Position numbers and translations under genes: made by a program. A stretch of DNA of 64,000 nt from an uncultured Alphaproteobacteria bacterium. Its GTDB lineage: Bacteria; Pseudomonadota; Alphaproteobacteria; RF32; CAG-239. The stretch covers positions 809-64,808 of the forward strand of contig CALXTQ010000013.1 of the NCBI GenBank assembly GCA_944391485.1, read 5' to 3'. The notes under the pieces are model-generated. The model worked only from the letters and a program-made list of their open reading frames with translations, ran no database searches and was not told the DNA's origin. Of the stretch, positions 1 through 8,887 are shown piece by piece. Each line of letters opens with the position of its first letter. Positions within the stretch are counted from its first letter, which is position 1.

Positions 1-105
1 CGGCGTGAAATGGATTGATTTTGAGCAAGTTCAATCATATTGCGGCGAAAAGGAAATTTTGCCGTATTATAAACGGATTATGGAAAAAATCGGGAAAATG
101 AAAAA

Positions 106-882
106 ATGATGTCGAGTGTATTTGTGCAGGGGCTTCTGGCGTCTTTGATTGCGGGACTGGTTACCGGCGTTGGCGGCTTTATGATTTTTTTGAAAAGAAA
201 ATATTCGCAGGATAATATAAATTTTATGTTGAATCTGGCGGCGGGCGTTATGTTGGCGGCGTCGTTTTTTGCGCTTTTGGTTCCTGCAATGGGGCGGATC
301 CTGCTGTTTGACCCCGATATTCATATCGCGGCGTTCTGGTATTCGGGAGCTGTGTTTGCCGGCGTGGCTCTGGTCTGGCTCCTTAATGACCTGCTGCCGC
401 ATGAGCATAACAACATGGGACAGCACGGACCGCATTTCAGCCTGAAAAAAGCCTGGCTGTTTATTATTGCCATCACACTGCATAAGCTGCCGGAGGGTTT
501 GGCTGTGGGAGTGGCTTACAGCGCTGAGGATTTTATGAATCCCGACAGTCTGGTTATCGGAATAGCGCTGCATAATATTCCGGAAGGTCTGACCATCGCC
601 ATTTCTCTGGTCGCGGCAAACAGTTCGAAATTGAAAGCGGCGCTGACGGCTTTGCTTATTGGTATGGTTCAGCCTCTGGGCGCGATTATCGGACTGCTGA
701 CCATGAATTACAGTGATAAGATTGTTCCTCTCGGTATGGCTATGGCCGGCGGAACGCTTTTATTTGTCGTTATTAATGAAATTCTGCCGGAAACCTACGG
801 AACGCATAATACGACAAAATCGGCTTTCGCCGTTTTTCTGGGCTTTATTTTCATGACTTATCTCAAAATGGTTCTGGAATAG
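106..882 (+). CDS. zupT: ZIP family divalent metal (zinc) transporter, ZupT-like
   Basis: 258-aa polytopic membrane ORF; HNIPEGL / HKLPEGLAVG motifs typical of ZIP/ZupT transporters; start could be 106 or 109. Confidence 0.8.
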   Translation: MMSSVFVQGLLASLIAGLVTGVGGFMIFLKRKYSQDNINFMLNLAAGVMLAASFFALLVPAMGRILLFDPDIHIAAFWYSGAVFAGVALVWLLNDLLPHEHNNMGQHGPHFSLKKAWLFIIAITLHKLPEGLAVGVAYSAEDFMNPDSLVIGIALHNIPEGLTIAISLVAANSSKLKAALTALLIGMVQPLGAIIGLLTMNYSDKIVPLGMAMAGGTLLFVVINEILPETYGTHNTTKSAFAVFLGFIFMTYLKMVLE

Positions 883-1070
883 CCTGATTTATCCGATTTG
901 CGGCAAGAGAAAGCAGCCGTCCGGCGGAACTCCTACGATTGAGCTGAAAAATGAAACCGCGGCCGGGGCCTGAAACATTCGGGGAAGGGCCGGCATCTTC
1001 GGGGGCAGAATATGCTCCCGGAAAAAGCGGAGAAAAAGACATAAAGTTTTTGTATTATGGAAAAAAGCTA

Positions 1071-1099
1071 TTGACGATTGGCAAAACATAATATAAATA
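1071..1099 (+). promoter_or_regulatory. candidate sigma70 promoter for tRNA-Ser (TTGACG, ~17 nt spacer, TATAAAT-like)
   Basis: TTGACG at 1071-1076 and AT-rich -10 near 1092-1099, about 17 nt upstream of tRNA 5' end. Confidence 0.35.
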
Positions 1100-1115
1100 T
1101 AACTCCGTTACCGTT

Positions 1116-1202
1116 GGAGAGTTGGCAGAGTGGTAATGCAGCAGATTGCTAATCTGTCATCCCGATTGGGATGCATAGGTTCGAGTCCTATACTCTCCGC
1201 CA
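1116..1202 (+). tRNA. tRNA-Ser (anticodon GCU)
   Basis: 87-nt cloverleaf GGAGAGTTGGCAGAGTGGTAATGC...CCGCCA with long variable arm, anticodon loop TTGCTAA, 3' CCA encoded. Confidence 0.9.
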
Positions 1203-1205
1203 TTA

Positions 1206-1234
1206 AAAACCGTTCGTAAAGAACGGTTTTTTTG
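1206..1234 (+). terminator. rho-independent terminator after tRNA-Ser
   Basis: AACCGTTC-gtaaa-GAACGGTT hairpin followed by T7. Confidence 0.55.
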
Positions 1235-1449
1235 TTTATTGAACTTTGCAGAAAGTTCCGAGTTTATTCGGGACGAATGTTCATGTATCATCAGGCGCCG
1301 TTCTGCGCCGACGAACACGATTAAAACGGCAGCTTTGCCGTTATTTCTGAGATACCGCCTTGAAGAAATCTTCTGCCGCTTGTCCGCGATATAGACCTTT
1401 TTCCAGTTTTAATGCGGCGACAGAAAGCTTATATACAATACGGGGTATT

Positions 1450-2310
1450 ATGAAAGTCGCATTGATTTCGGTATGGACGGCAATCGTTTTGTGTTTATCC
1501 GTCAGCGGGACAAAAGCTCAGATTTCTCCCGGAATGCTTTCCGGAGTGGCGGGCAATACGGATACGGAGATCAGAACGGACGAATTTGAGGTTAACAGGC
1601 CTTATGCCGGCGATATGACGCTTTTGAGTTCGGCCTGTCTGAACGGCAATGATGAAAAAATTATTGATGATCTGCTGGCCAAAGGCGGAAACCCCAATTT
1701 TAAAACTTATCGGGGAATTACGCCGCTGATGTATGCCGCGGCCAACCGCTACGGGAATCCTTATTGTCTGAAACGGCTTTTGCGGCTTGGAATTGCTCCG
1801 AACGGTACAGACAACCGCCGCCGGACGGCTTTGATGATTGCCGCCGGACAGAAGAATCCGGAATTTGTCAGGCTTCTTTTGTCTTACGGAGCTAATGTAC
1901 ATGCCCGAGATTCACGGGGAGGAACCGCCTTGTTTTATGCCGTGAAATTTAATGACAACACGGAAGTAACAAAGCTGCTTTTGGCGGCCGGCGCAAGCGT
2001 TTTCCTGCGCGGAAACCACAATAATCTGATTTTGAACGAGGCAGCAGGCAGCAATCCGAACCCGGAGATTATTGACCTGCTGCTGCGTTACGGCGCGGAT
2101 ATAAACGCCGGAAACAGCGATTATGCGACGCCTCTGATTTTTGCGGCCAGACTTAACCCTAATCCGGAAGTTGTTGATTTGCTGTTGCGGCGGGGAGCTA
2201 ATGCCAAAATCCGCACCCGTTTCGGCTATAAGGCTATTGATTTTGCCGCGCTGAATCCGGTTTTGCGCAACAGCGAAGTCTATAAAAAGCTTGAAAAAGC
2301 CTCAAAATGA
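1450..2310 (+). CDS. secreted ankyrin-repeat protein
   Basis: ORF 1360-2310; internal Met at 1450 gives a classical Sec signal peptide MKVALISVWTAIVLCLSVSGTKAQ; at least 6 ANK repeats (TPLMYAA..., TALMIAA..., TALFYAV..., TPLIFAA...). Confidence 0.8.
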   Translation: MKVALISVWTAIVLCLSVSGTKAQISPGMLSGVAGNTDTEIRTDEFEVNRPYAGDMTLLSSACLNGNDEKIIDDLLAKGGNPNFKTYRGITPLMYAAANRYGNPYCLKRLLRLGIAPNGTDNRRRTALMIAAGQKNPEFVRLLLSYGANVHARDSRGGTALFYAVKFNDNTEVTKLLLAAGASVFLRGNHNNLILNEAAGSNPNPEIIDLLLRYGADINAGNSDYATPLIFAARLNPNPEVVDLLLRRGANAKIRTRFGYKAIDFAALNPVLRNSEVYKKLEKASK

Positions 2311-2315
2311 CTTGT

Positions 2316-2771
2316 TTATTTTTCCAAAAACAAAATCGGATGCGGTTTGCCGTTGCCATCAGTTTCGCTGCGGCCGGCAATCCTGAACCCCATTTTCTGG
2401 TAAAAACCCAGCGCTTTCGTGTTTTCTTCGTTGACATCAACCTTTCTGATGCCGAGTTGTCGCTCTGCAAACGCAATCAGCCGGCTGCCGTATCTGCGGC
2501 CGAAGTACTCGGGCGTTACAAAAAGCATTTCTATTTTATCCGTCGAAAGTCCCATAAATGCCGTCAGTCTGCCGTCTTGTTCCCGGATGCCGAACAGCCT
2601 GCACTCCGGGATGGCGTATTTTCTTACGTAAGGTTTGTAGAATTCAATTTCTCCGGGAGTTAAAAAGAGATGCGTCGCTTTGACCGATTTTTCCCAGACA
2701 GCGATGATTTCTTCCGTATCGGCAGCGGACAGAGCTGTTATGTCGGTTTTTGTTTCGGAAGGGTCTGTCAT
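2316..2771 (-). CDS. GNAT family N-acetyltransferase
   Basis: about 150-aa GNAT fold (motif-A-like RRYGSRLIAFAERQ); start probably MTDPSETK; 3' end abuts the TPR-methyltransferase gene. Confidence 0.65.
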   Translation of the reverse strand: MTDPSETKTDITALSAADTEEIIAVWEKSVKATHLFLTPGEIEFYKPYVRKYAIPECRLFGIREQDGRLTAFMGLSTDKIEMLFVTPEYFGRRYGSRLIAFAERQLGIRKVDVNEENTKALGFYQKMGFRIAGRSETDGNGKPHPILFLEK

Positions 2772-2785
2772 TGTGTTTTTCCTTT

Positions 2786-4522
2786 TTATTGCGCCAGCCA
2801 CAGGGTTCCATCAACCGGGCGGCCGTTTTCCAGGCGCAGGGTTGTTGTTGTTTTCGTAATATCCGCATAACCGTGCGTATGCAGGAGGTTTTCTATATAA
2901 GCGGGATTATGGGCAAAACGGCCTGAGGATGTCAGGGTATATTCCGGTGCGGCGGAATTTTCTGTTGAAAAGGCGATTTTCTGCGGGGCGACGGCTTTTA
3001 TGACCGGTTCAATATTTCCCAGATAAGCGAAGACGTCGGCGGCAAGAAACAGATCGGCCCGGGGTTTTGTCTTCAGATATTCCGCAATGTCCGATTTTAT
3101 TAATTTTTCGTAGATTTCTTTTTCTGAGGCTTTTTGGAGCATTTTTTCGGAGATATCAACGCCGATAAGCCTGGCGCCAGGGGCCTGATAAGCTTCGCCA
3201 GCAAGACCCGTGCCGCAGCCAAGATCCACAAGGGTGCCCTCAACATTCCCCGTAAGGTCTCTAAGGCTTCTGACAACGCCGTAATCAATGTTTTTGAGAA
3301 CCAGCTCGTAATTATCAGCAAAATGGTCAAAAAGCTTTTCAGCATAAATTTGATTATTTTCAAGGTCGGTTCCTCCGTTAAAAGCGGCGTTGACACGGCG
3401 GGCAAAAGGATTTTCAGGTGCGAAGGCAATCCATTTGGCAGCTATTTTCCTTGCGTCGTCAGGCTTTTGTCTGAACAAGGCAGTCAGGGTTTCGGCGGTG
3501 TTTATGGAAAATTCTTCTTGCTGCGGCCGCTTGAGCAGCGCATTGAACAAAAGCCCGAGAGCTTCCTCGTATTCTCCCAGATCCTTGAGAATCAGAGCCA
3601 GATTATTGCTGATTTCCGGGACACCGGGATTCAGGATAACGGCTTTTCTGTATTCTTCCAGCGCTTCATGCAGCCTTTTCTGCCGGTAAAGCATGTCCGC
3701 GTAATTTATATGGGCATCGAGGGCAGAGGGATCAATATCCAAGGCTCTGAGATAATGCTGCTCCGCGGTTTCAAAATCGCCCAGATTGGTTTCGATATTT
3801 GCAAGGTTAATATGAGCTTCTGTTGACAACGGATTGTATATCAATGCTTTTTCAAAACATATTTTAGCTTTTGTCGTCTGGTTTTGCTTTAGAAAAATCA
3901 GCCCTGACAAAAGTTTTATACTGTCGTTGCAGGGAGAGAGGCGGTCGGCCTGTTCCGCATATTTTCCGGCTTTGTCCGTTTCTCCGTTTTCATAATTGAT
4001 AATCGCCAGAAAATAAAAGCTCAGAGCATCATCGGGAAAACGCCGCGTCAGTTCTTCCAACGCCGTTTGATCCCGGTCAAGCATGGCCAGATTGGCTCTC
4101 GGTTCGGCGTAATTATCGTCCAGTGCCGCCGCTTTCCGGTAATTGTCTGCCGCTTTTTGACGGCTGCCGAGTTTTTTGTATATGTTTCCGATGTTATTGA
4201 AGGCTTCTTTCAGTTCGGGCGAGAGTTTCAGCGCTTTTTCGTAATTGTCCAGCGCTTCCTGATATTTTCCCCAGGCATTGAGGGACAGAGCCAGATTAAA
4301 ATAAAAAGGAGCATGACGGGGAGCCTGTCGCACAGCCTTGTAAAAAAGTTCCACCGCCTGATTGTGAATGCCTTTGGCCTGGGCAATCAGGCCGAGAAGA
4401 TTCAGCACGTCCGGATTGTCCGGAGCCGTTTCCAGTATCTGCCGGTAGATTTGTTCCGCTTCGTCAAAATGCCCGCTTTCGTGCAGACGCAGCGCCTGTT
4501 GAAACAATAAATCGTATGACAT
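2786..4522 (-). CDS. TPR-repeat protein fused to class I SAM-dependent methyltransferase
   Basis: N-terminal ~380 aa of tandem TPR repeats (AxxxYxxAL patterns); C-terminal VDLGCGTGLAGEAY...GVDISEKM is SAM-binding motif I / post I. Confidence 0.75.
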   Translation of the reverse strand: MSYDLLFQQALRLHESGHFDEAEQIYRQILETAPDNPDVLNLLGLIAQAKGIHNQAVELFYKAVRQAPRHAPFYFNLALSLNAWGKYQEALDNYEKALKLSPELKEAFNNIGNIYKKLGSRQKAADNYRKAAALDDNYAEPRANLAMLDRDQTALEELTRRFPDDALSFYFLAIINYENGETDKAGKYAEQADRLSPCNDSIKLLSGLIFLKQNQTTKAKICFEKALIYNPLSTEAHINLANIETNLGDFETAEQHYLRALDIDPSALDAHINYADMLYRQKRLHEALEEYRKAVILNPGVPEISNNLALILKDLGEYEEALGLLFNALLKRPQQEEFSINTAETLTALFRQKPDDARKIAAKWIAFAPENPFARRVNAAFNGGTDLENNQIYAEKLFDHFADNYELVLKNIDYGVVRSLRDLTGNVEGTLVDLGCGTGLAGEAYQAPGARLIGVDISEKMLQKASEKEIYEKLIKSDIAEYLKTKPRADLFLAADVFAYLGNIEPVIKAVAPQKIAFSTENSAAPEYTLTSSGRFAHNPAYIENLLHTHGYADITKTTTTLRLENGRPVDGTLWLAQ

Positions 4523-4718
4523 GTTTTTATCCTGTCCGTATTTTATATTCTACTTTGCTAAAAAAGCTACTTTTTTTTATAAAATTTTGCTTGAATTTAT
4601 AAAAAAAATGTAATAGATTGCGCTTACTTCCGGGAATGAGAGCAAAAAACTCCGTTTGGCATTCAGAACCAAAACTACCGGGACAATAATGTAATCAAAC
4701 AAAAAAAGGAAATTTTTT

Positions 4719-5333
4719 ATGAAAAGTATCGTTACAGCAAAGAAGAAAACAAACCGCCGTTATCTGGCAAATCTGTGGGGCGATCCGAAAAGCCCTCTGA
4801 ACAAGAGAGAATACGCTCCCGGCCAGCATGGTCAGAGAAGAAAAAAGCCTACCGACTATGGTGAGCAGCTGTATGCAAAACAGAGACTGAAAACCTATTA
4901 CGGCAACGTTTCCGAGAAGCAGTTCCATAAATATTATGTCGAAGCTGTCAGAAGAGGCGGCGACTCAGCCGAAAACCTGATCGGCATTCTGGAATCCCGT
5001 CTGGATAATCTGGTTTACAAAGCCAAATTCGTACCGACGATTTTTGCTTCCCGCCAGTTTGTCAACCACGGACATGTTCTGGTCAACGGCAAGAAGGTCA
5101 ATATTCCTTCTTATATGTGCAAAGCCGGTGATGTTATCGAAGTCCGCGAAAAATCCAAACAGCTTCCGGTCGTGATTGCTTCCGTCGAAGCTACAACCCG
5201 CGATGTTCCGGGCTATCTGGAAGTAGACGGCAAGAAGCTCGTTGCAAAATACACCTTTGTTCCCAAATTCGACGACGTTCCTTATGGCGCCGTTATGGAA
5301 CCCAATTTGGTTATCGAATACTATTCAAGATAA
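4719..5333 (+). CDS. rpsD: 30S ribosomal protein S4
   Basis: 204 aa, [10 protein letters not shown]... and S4 domain; stand-alone rpsD as in alphaproteobacteria; promoter-like TTGCTA/TTGAAT boxes in the 200-nt leader. Confidence 0.95.
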   Translation: MKSIVTAKKKTNRRYLANLWGDPKSPLNKREYAPGQHGQRRKKPTDYGEQLYAKQRLKTYYGNVSEKQFHKYYVEAVRRGGDSAENLIGILESRLDNLVYKAKFVPTIFASRQFVNHGHVLVNGKKVNIPSYMCKAGDVIEVREKSKQLPVVIASVEATTRDVPGYLEVDGKKLVAKYTFVPKFDDVPYGAVMEPNLVIEYYSR

Positions 5334-5352
5334 TCAGTTCTGTTATCAAAGG

Positions 5353-5382
5353 CCCCGGACTTATGCAAGTCCGGGGTTTTTT
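5353..5382 (+). terminator. rho-independent terminator after rpsD
   Basis: CCCCGGAC-ttatgcaa-GTCCGGGG followed by T6. Confidence 0.65.
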
Positions 5383-5449
5383 GCTTTAAATGTCTTTTTT
5401 TTTATGCTTAAATCAGCACATAATAATAAATAGTTAAGGGTAAGCAGAA

Positions 5450-7822
5450 ATGGAAGACATCATTGTTGACGGACCTTCTCCGACATCGATCCAAAGCCGA
5501 AACAGCAAAAAATTTATCCGTAAAGAAAAAAAAGAAAAGAGAGATTTAAGCGTCTATCTGTTTGACTGGCTTATAAAAGGTCTTCTGGTCGCGCTTTTGC
5601 TGAGCATCGATTTTGTTCTGTTTGCGGGAGCTGGAAATTTCGGCATTTTTGCTTCGGGATATTCTCTGGCGCCGCAGGTTCTTTATGTTTTGATCGGCTT
5701 TTTTGCGGTTTCCATTATTTTGATGTTTCTGCTTTCCTTTTCGTCTTTTTTGCAAAACCTGCTGACGGCTGTTGCGGGAGGTTTGTTTGTTTATGTTTTG
5801 ATGCACCAGTTCGCGCTTTTTGATGAAACGTCTTTTCTGGCGGGCTGGGTCGGCAATTATCTGGGATCTACTCTGGCGATGAATTTTATGGGAATTTCCC
5901 ATATTCTGTGCGCCTGGGCTGCCGGAATCGCGCTGTTTTTGTTTCTGATACTGACGCGAAAGGCGAATATTGCTTATTTCACCGGGATTGTTCTGTTGAT
6001 CTTTGTCGGTATTCTGGGAGATAAATATTTTAAGTCCGGCGGTAATGCTGAATTTAAAACCGTTTACCAGTCGCAGGCCCCATTGGAGGAAAAAGACGGA
6101 AAACGTTTTATCTATATTATGCTTCCGAATGCCGGATCTTATAATTATCTGGAAGACATGAAAGAGGCGGTCAATACGGAAGAAGCCCGGAAAACCATGA
6201 GCCTGATGCTGGGCTTTTTTGCCAAAAACGGCTTCAGTTTTTATCCGCATGCCTATGTTAACGAAAGAGATCCGTTTATGAATGCCGTTGCGTCCCTGAA
6301 TATGCTCGGCAACGACAAACCCGAAGACTTTCTGCTGAACAATGTGGCTATGGACGGGTACTGGGGGTTTGACAACCTGAATGACGAATATGTTTATCTG
6401 CGGGAGAACCAGCTGTTTAGGACATTCAAAAAAGCCAAATACAAAATTTCGGCTTATAAAACGCGCGGGCTTGACTTGTGCCGCGTTAATAATGAGATGT
6501 CCGCTGACCGCTGTATAGAGAAAGTCAACCGGCCGATCAGTTTTGACAATCTGAATCTGACGGGCTCGGGAAAGACGGAACTGTTGCTTATTCAATGGAT
6601 AGAAAGCACGGGATTATTTACTGATCTGTCTACGGCTTATTCATGGTTTAAGGGAATCGGAAATCCCGATAAAACGCCTTTGGTCGGGCTGAAATATGAT
6701 AATCTTTATGTTGTTGACGCCGTTAATACTCTGGATAAAGTCGCTCAGGATATTATATCCGATACAGGAAACAACGCTTATTTCGTGGTTATGGATATGC
6801 CTGCCAATATGTATGTTTATAATGAATACTGCCGGGTAAAGCCGACCGGCAGCTGGCTGGATATGGAAAGCCTGCCGTGGATACTGAATAAAAATCTGTA
6901 TGGAAAACGCAGCGCCTATCTGAGCCAGATGAGATGCCTGTTCGGCAAACTGGAGCAGTTTATCCGAAATCTGGAAAAAGCCGGCGCGGCGGACAAATCC
7001 GTTATTGTTATTCAGGGATTGAGCGGGGTCAACGATCTGATAAATATTAGGGAGCCTTCGTATATTCAGGAGTTCAAAAACGAAAGGCTGGTTACAATGG
7101 CTATCCGGGATCCTTTGAAAAAGAAATTTGTAAACGACACGAGGGTCTGTTCCGCAAAAGACATTCTTAAGGAATATCTGTTCCGGAGAGGAAAATGCGA
7201 AGAAATGAAGGATTTGAACATGCACGACGAAGCCAAAAAGGACTTTAAGGGCATGCTTAATCAGGTACGGATTACCGAACCCGTTGTCGCGGCGGCCGTT
7301 AAGAAGTTTGACGAATGGTATCCGAACTGGCAGAGGCTGAACAATCCTGAAGCCAAGGCTTTGCCGAAATTCCCGTCTGCCGGGAAAAACGGCGCGTCCG
7401 AAGTGTCTAAGGTTATTACTCTGCCGCCCGAAGGACTGCCCGAAGAGGAACCCGAAATTTTGGATATTACGCCTGATAATATAGAGATCGGCGAAGTTAA
7501 AATTATGGACAAACCGGTGGAAGATCTTCCCGAGGTCAAAACAGAAAAATTTCAGGCGGCGGTAGAAGCGGCGGAGAAGAAGGAAAACACGGAAGAGGGC
7601 ACAGCCGACAGTCTGAGTTCGGATAAGGCGGCGCTTTCTGGTGAGGCCGATTCAGAAGATGCTCCGGCTGCGGAAAGCGAAGCGGTTTCAGAAAATGAAA
7701 ATTCCGGGCTGGCTGATAAAACGGCGGCAGGTTCTGAAAATGCTTCGACGGCTGACGGCGGGGAAAATGTCTCTGGCAAAGAGGCTGTAAACGCTGACGC
7801 GGCGGAAAATTCCGGGCAATAA
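5450..7822 (+). CDS. inner-membrane protein with N-terminal multi-TM domain, sulfatase-fold-like periplasmic domain (apparently degenerate) and acidic low-complexity C-terminal tail; PbgA/YejM-like (inference)
   Basis: 790 aa; about 200 aa hydrophobic N-terminus; middle domain has VIVIQGLSG where LtaS/EptA/OpgB have VVVGDHG and lacks an ES...T nucleophile block; last ~110 aa rich in E/A/S/D/G. Confidence 0.45.
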   Translation: MEDIIVDGPSPTSIQSRNSKKFIRKEKKEKRDLSVYLFDWLIKGLLVALLLSIDFVLFAGAGNFGIFASGYSLAPQVLYVLIGFFAVSIILMFLLSFSSFLQNLLTAVAGGLFVYVLMHQFALFDETSFLAGWVGNYLGSTLAMNFMGISHILCAWAAGIALFLFLILTRKANIAYFTGIVLLIFVGILGDKYFKSGGNAEFKTVYQSQAPLEEKDGKRFIYIMLPNAGSYNYLEDMKEAVNTEEARKTMSLMLGFFAKNGFSFYPHAYVNERDPFMNAVASLNMLGNDKPEDFLLNNVAMDGYWGFDNLNDEYVYLRENQLFRTFKKAKYKISAYKTRGLDLCRVNNEMSADRCIEKVNRPISFDNLNLTGSGKTELLLIQWIESTGLFTDLSTAYSWFKGIGNPDKTPLVGLKYDNLYVVDAVNTLDKVAQDIISDTGNNAYFVVMDMPANMYVYNEYCRVKPTGSWLDMESLPWILNKNLYGKRSAYLSQMRCLFGKLEQFIRNLEKAGAADKSVIVIQGLSGVNDLINIREPSYIQEFKNERLVTMAIRDPLKKKFVNDTRVCSAKDILKEYLFRRGKCEEMKDLNMHDEAKKDFKGMLNQVRITEPVVAAAVKKFDEWYPNWQRLNNPEAKALPKFPSAGKNGASEVSKVITLPPEGLPEEEPEILDITPDNIEIGEVKIMDKPVEDLPEVKTEKFQAAVEAAEKKENTEEGTADSLSSDKAALSGEADSEDAPAAESEAVSENENSGLADKTAAGSENASTADGGENVSGKEAVNADAAENSGQ

Positions 7823-7837
7823 GGAACAGCGGAGCTG

Positions 7838-8887
7838 ATGAAACAGACGGAAAAATATTTAAGCACGCGTTTTTCTCCGTTGACCCGCAGGAGAATCAAG
7901 GCTTTTGTAAAAAACAGAAGAGCTTTGTTTTCGCTTGCCGCTTTTGGCCTTTTGTTTCTTATAACGCTTTTTTCCGAATTGATTGCCAACGACAGACCTT
8001 TGCTGGTTTCTTACAAAAACAGTCTGTATTTTCCGGTCATTTTTGATTATGACGAAAGGACGTTCGGAGGAGATTTTCCGACGCCGGCGGATTACAGAGA
8101 TCCGTATATTAAGGGAAATATCGAAAAAGAAGGCTGGATGATTATGCCTCTTATCCCTTTTTCTTTCAATACCGTTGATTATGACATGAAGACACCGACG
8201 CCCGCGCCGCCGTCTTCCAGCCATTGGCTGGGGACAGACGACGAGGGAAGGGATATTACCGCAAGAATTCTGTATGGAATAAGACTCTCCGTCGTGTTTG
8301 CCTTTCTGCTGACGATTATTTCTTCTGCCATCGGTATTTTGGCCGGCGCGGTTCAGGGATATTTCGGCGGCAAGACGGATATTTTTATGCAGCGTTTTCT
8401 GGAAATATGGGAAGCTTTGCCGCAGTTGTTTATTCTGATTATTGTCGCAAGTATTTTTGTTCCCACTTTCTGGGGGCTGCTGTTTATTTTGCTTCTGTTT
8501 TCCTGGACTAATCTGACGGGCATGGTCCGCGCCGAGTTTCTGAGAACCAGAAATTTTGAATATGTTAAGGCCGCAAAAGCTCTGGGTGTCGGCAACTGGC
8601 GGATTATTTACCGCCATATTCTGCCCAATGCCGTGATTGCGACTATAACTTTTGTGCCGTTTTTTCTTTCCGAGGCCATCGTTTCTCTGACGGCTTTGGA
8701 TTTTTTGGGGCTGGGACTGCCGCAGGAATATCCGTCGCTGGGAGATTTGGTGCGGCAGGGAAAGGATAATCTTCAGGCTCCGTGGATCGGCCTGAGTATT
8801 TTTGTTGTCCTTTCTTCGCTTCTGACAATGCTGATTTTTATCGGCGAAGGGATTCGAGATGCTTTTGACGCAAGGAAAAACAAGTAA
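7838..8887 (+). CDS. yejE: ABC transporter permease, oligopeptide/microcin-C type (YejE-like)
   Basis: 349 aa, 6 TM, BPD-transporter signature region FEYVKAAKALGVGNWRIIYRHILPN (EAA-like loop); abuts the ATPase gene. Confidence 0.7.
   Translation: MKQTEKYLSTRFSPLTRRRIKAFVKNRRALFSLAAFGLLFLITLFSELIANDRPLLVSYKNSLYFPVIFDYDERTFGGDFPTPADYRDPYIKGNIEKEGWMIMPLIPFSFNTVDYDMKTPTPAPPSSSHWLGTDDEGRDITARILYGIRLSVVFAFLLTIISSAIGILAGAVQGYFGGKTDIFMQRFLEIWEALPQLFILIIVASIFVPTFWGLLFILLLFSWTNLTGMVRAEFLRTRNFEYVKAAKALGVGNWRIIYRHILPNAVIATITFVPFFLSEAIVSLTALDFLGLGLPQEYPSLGDLVRQGKDNLQAPWIGLSIFVVLSSLLTMLIFIGEGIRDAFDARKNK

Noticed and set aside
889-1089. 66-aa minus-strand ORF between zupT and tRNA-Ser
   Set aside because: It overlaps the predicted tRNA promoter and GC-rich hairpin region, and has implausible composition.
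5546-6595. 349-aa ORF on the minus strand inside the 790-aa membrane protein gene
   Set aside because: It is antisense to a TM-rich coding region and Arg/Lys/Gln-rich, with a composition typical of spurious antisense frames, and has no start or RBS context.
7859-8617. 252-aa minus-strand ORF antisense to yejE
   Set aside because: Same antisense artefact: basic low-complexity translation of the complement of a hydrophobic gene.
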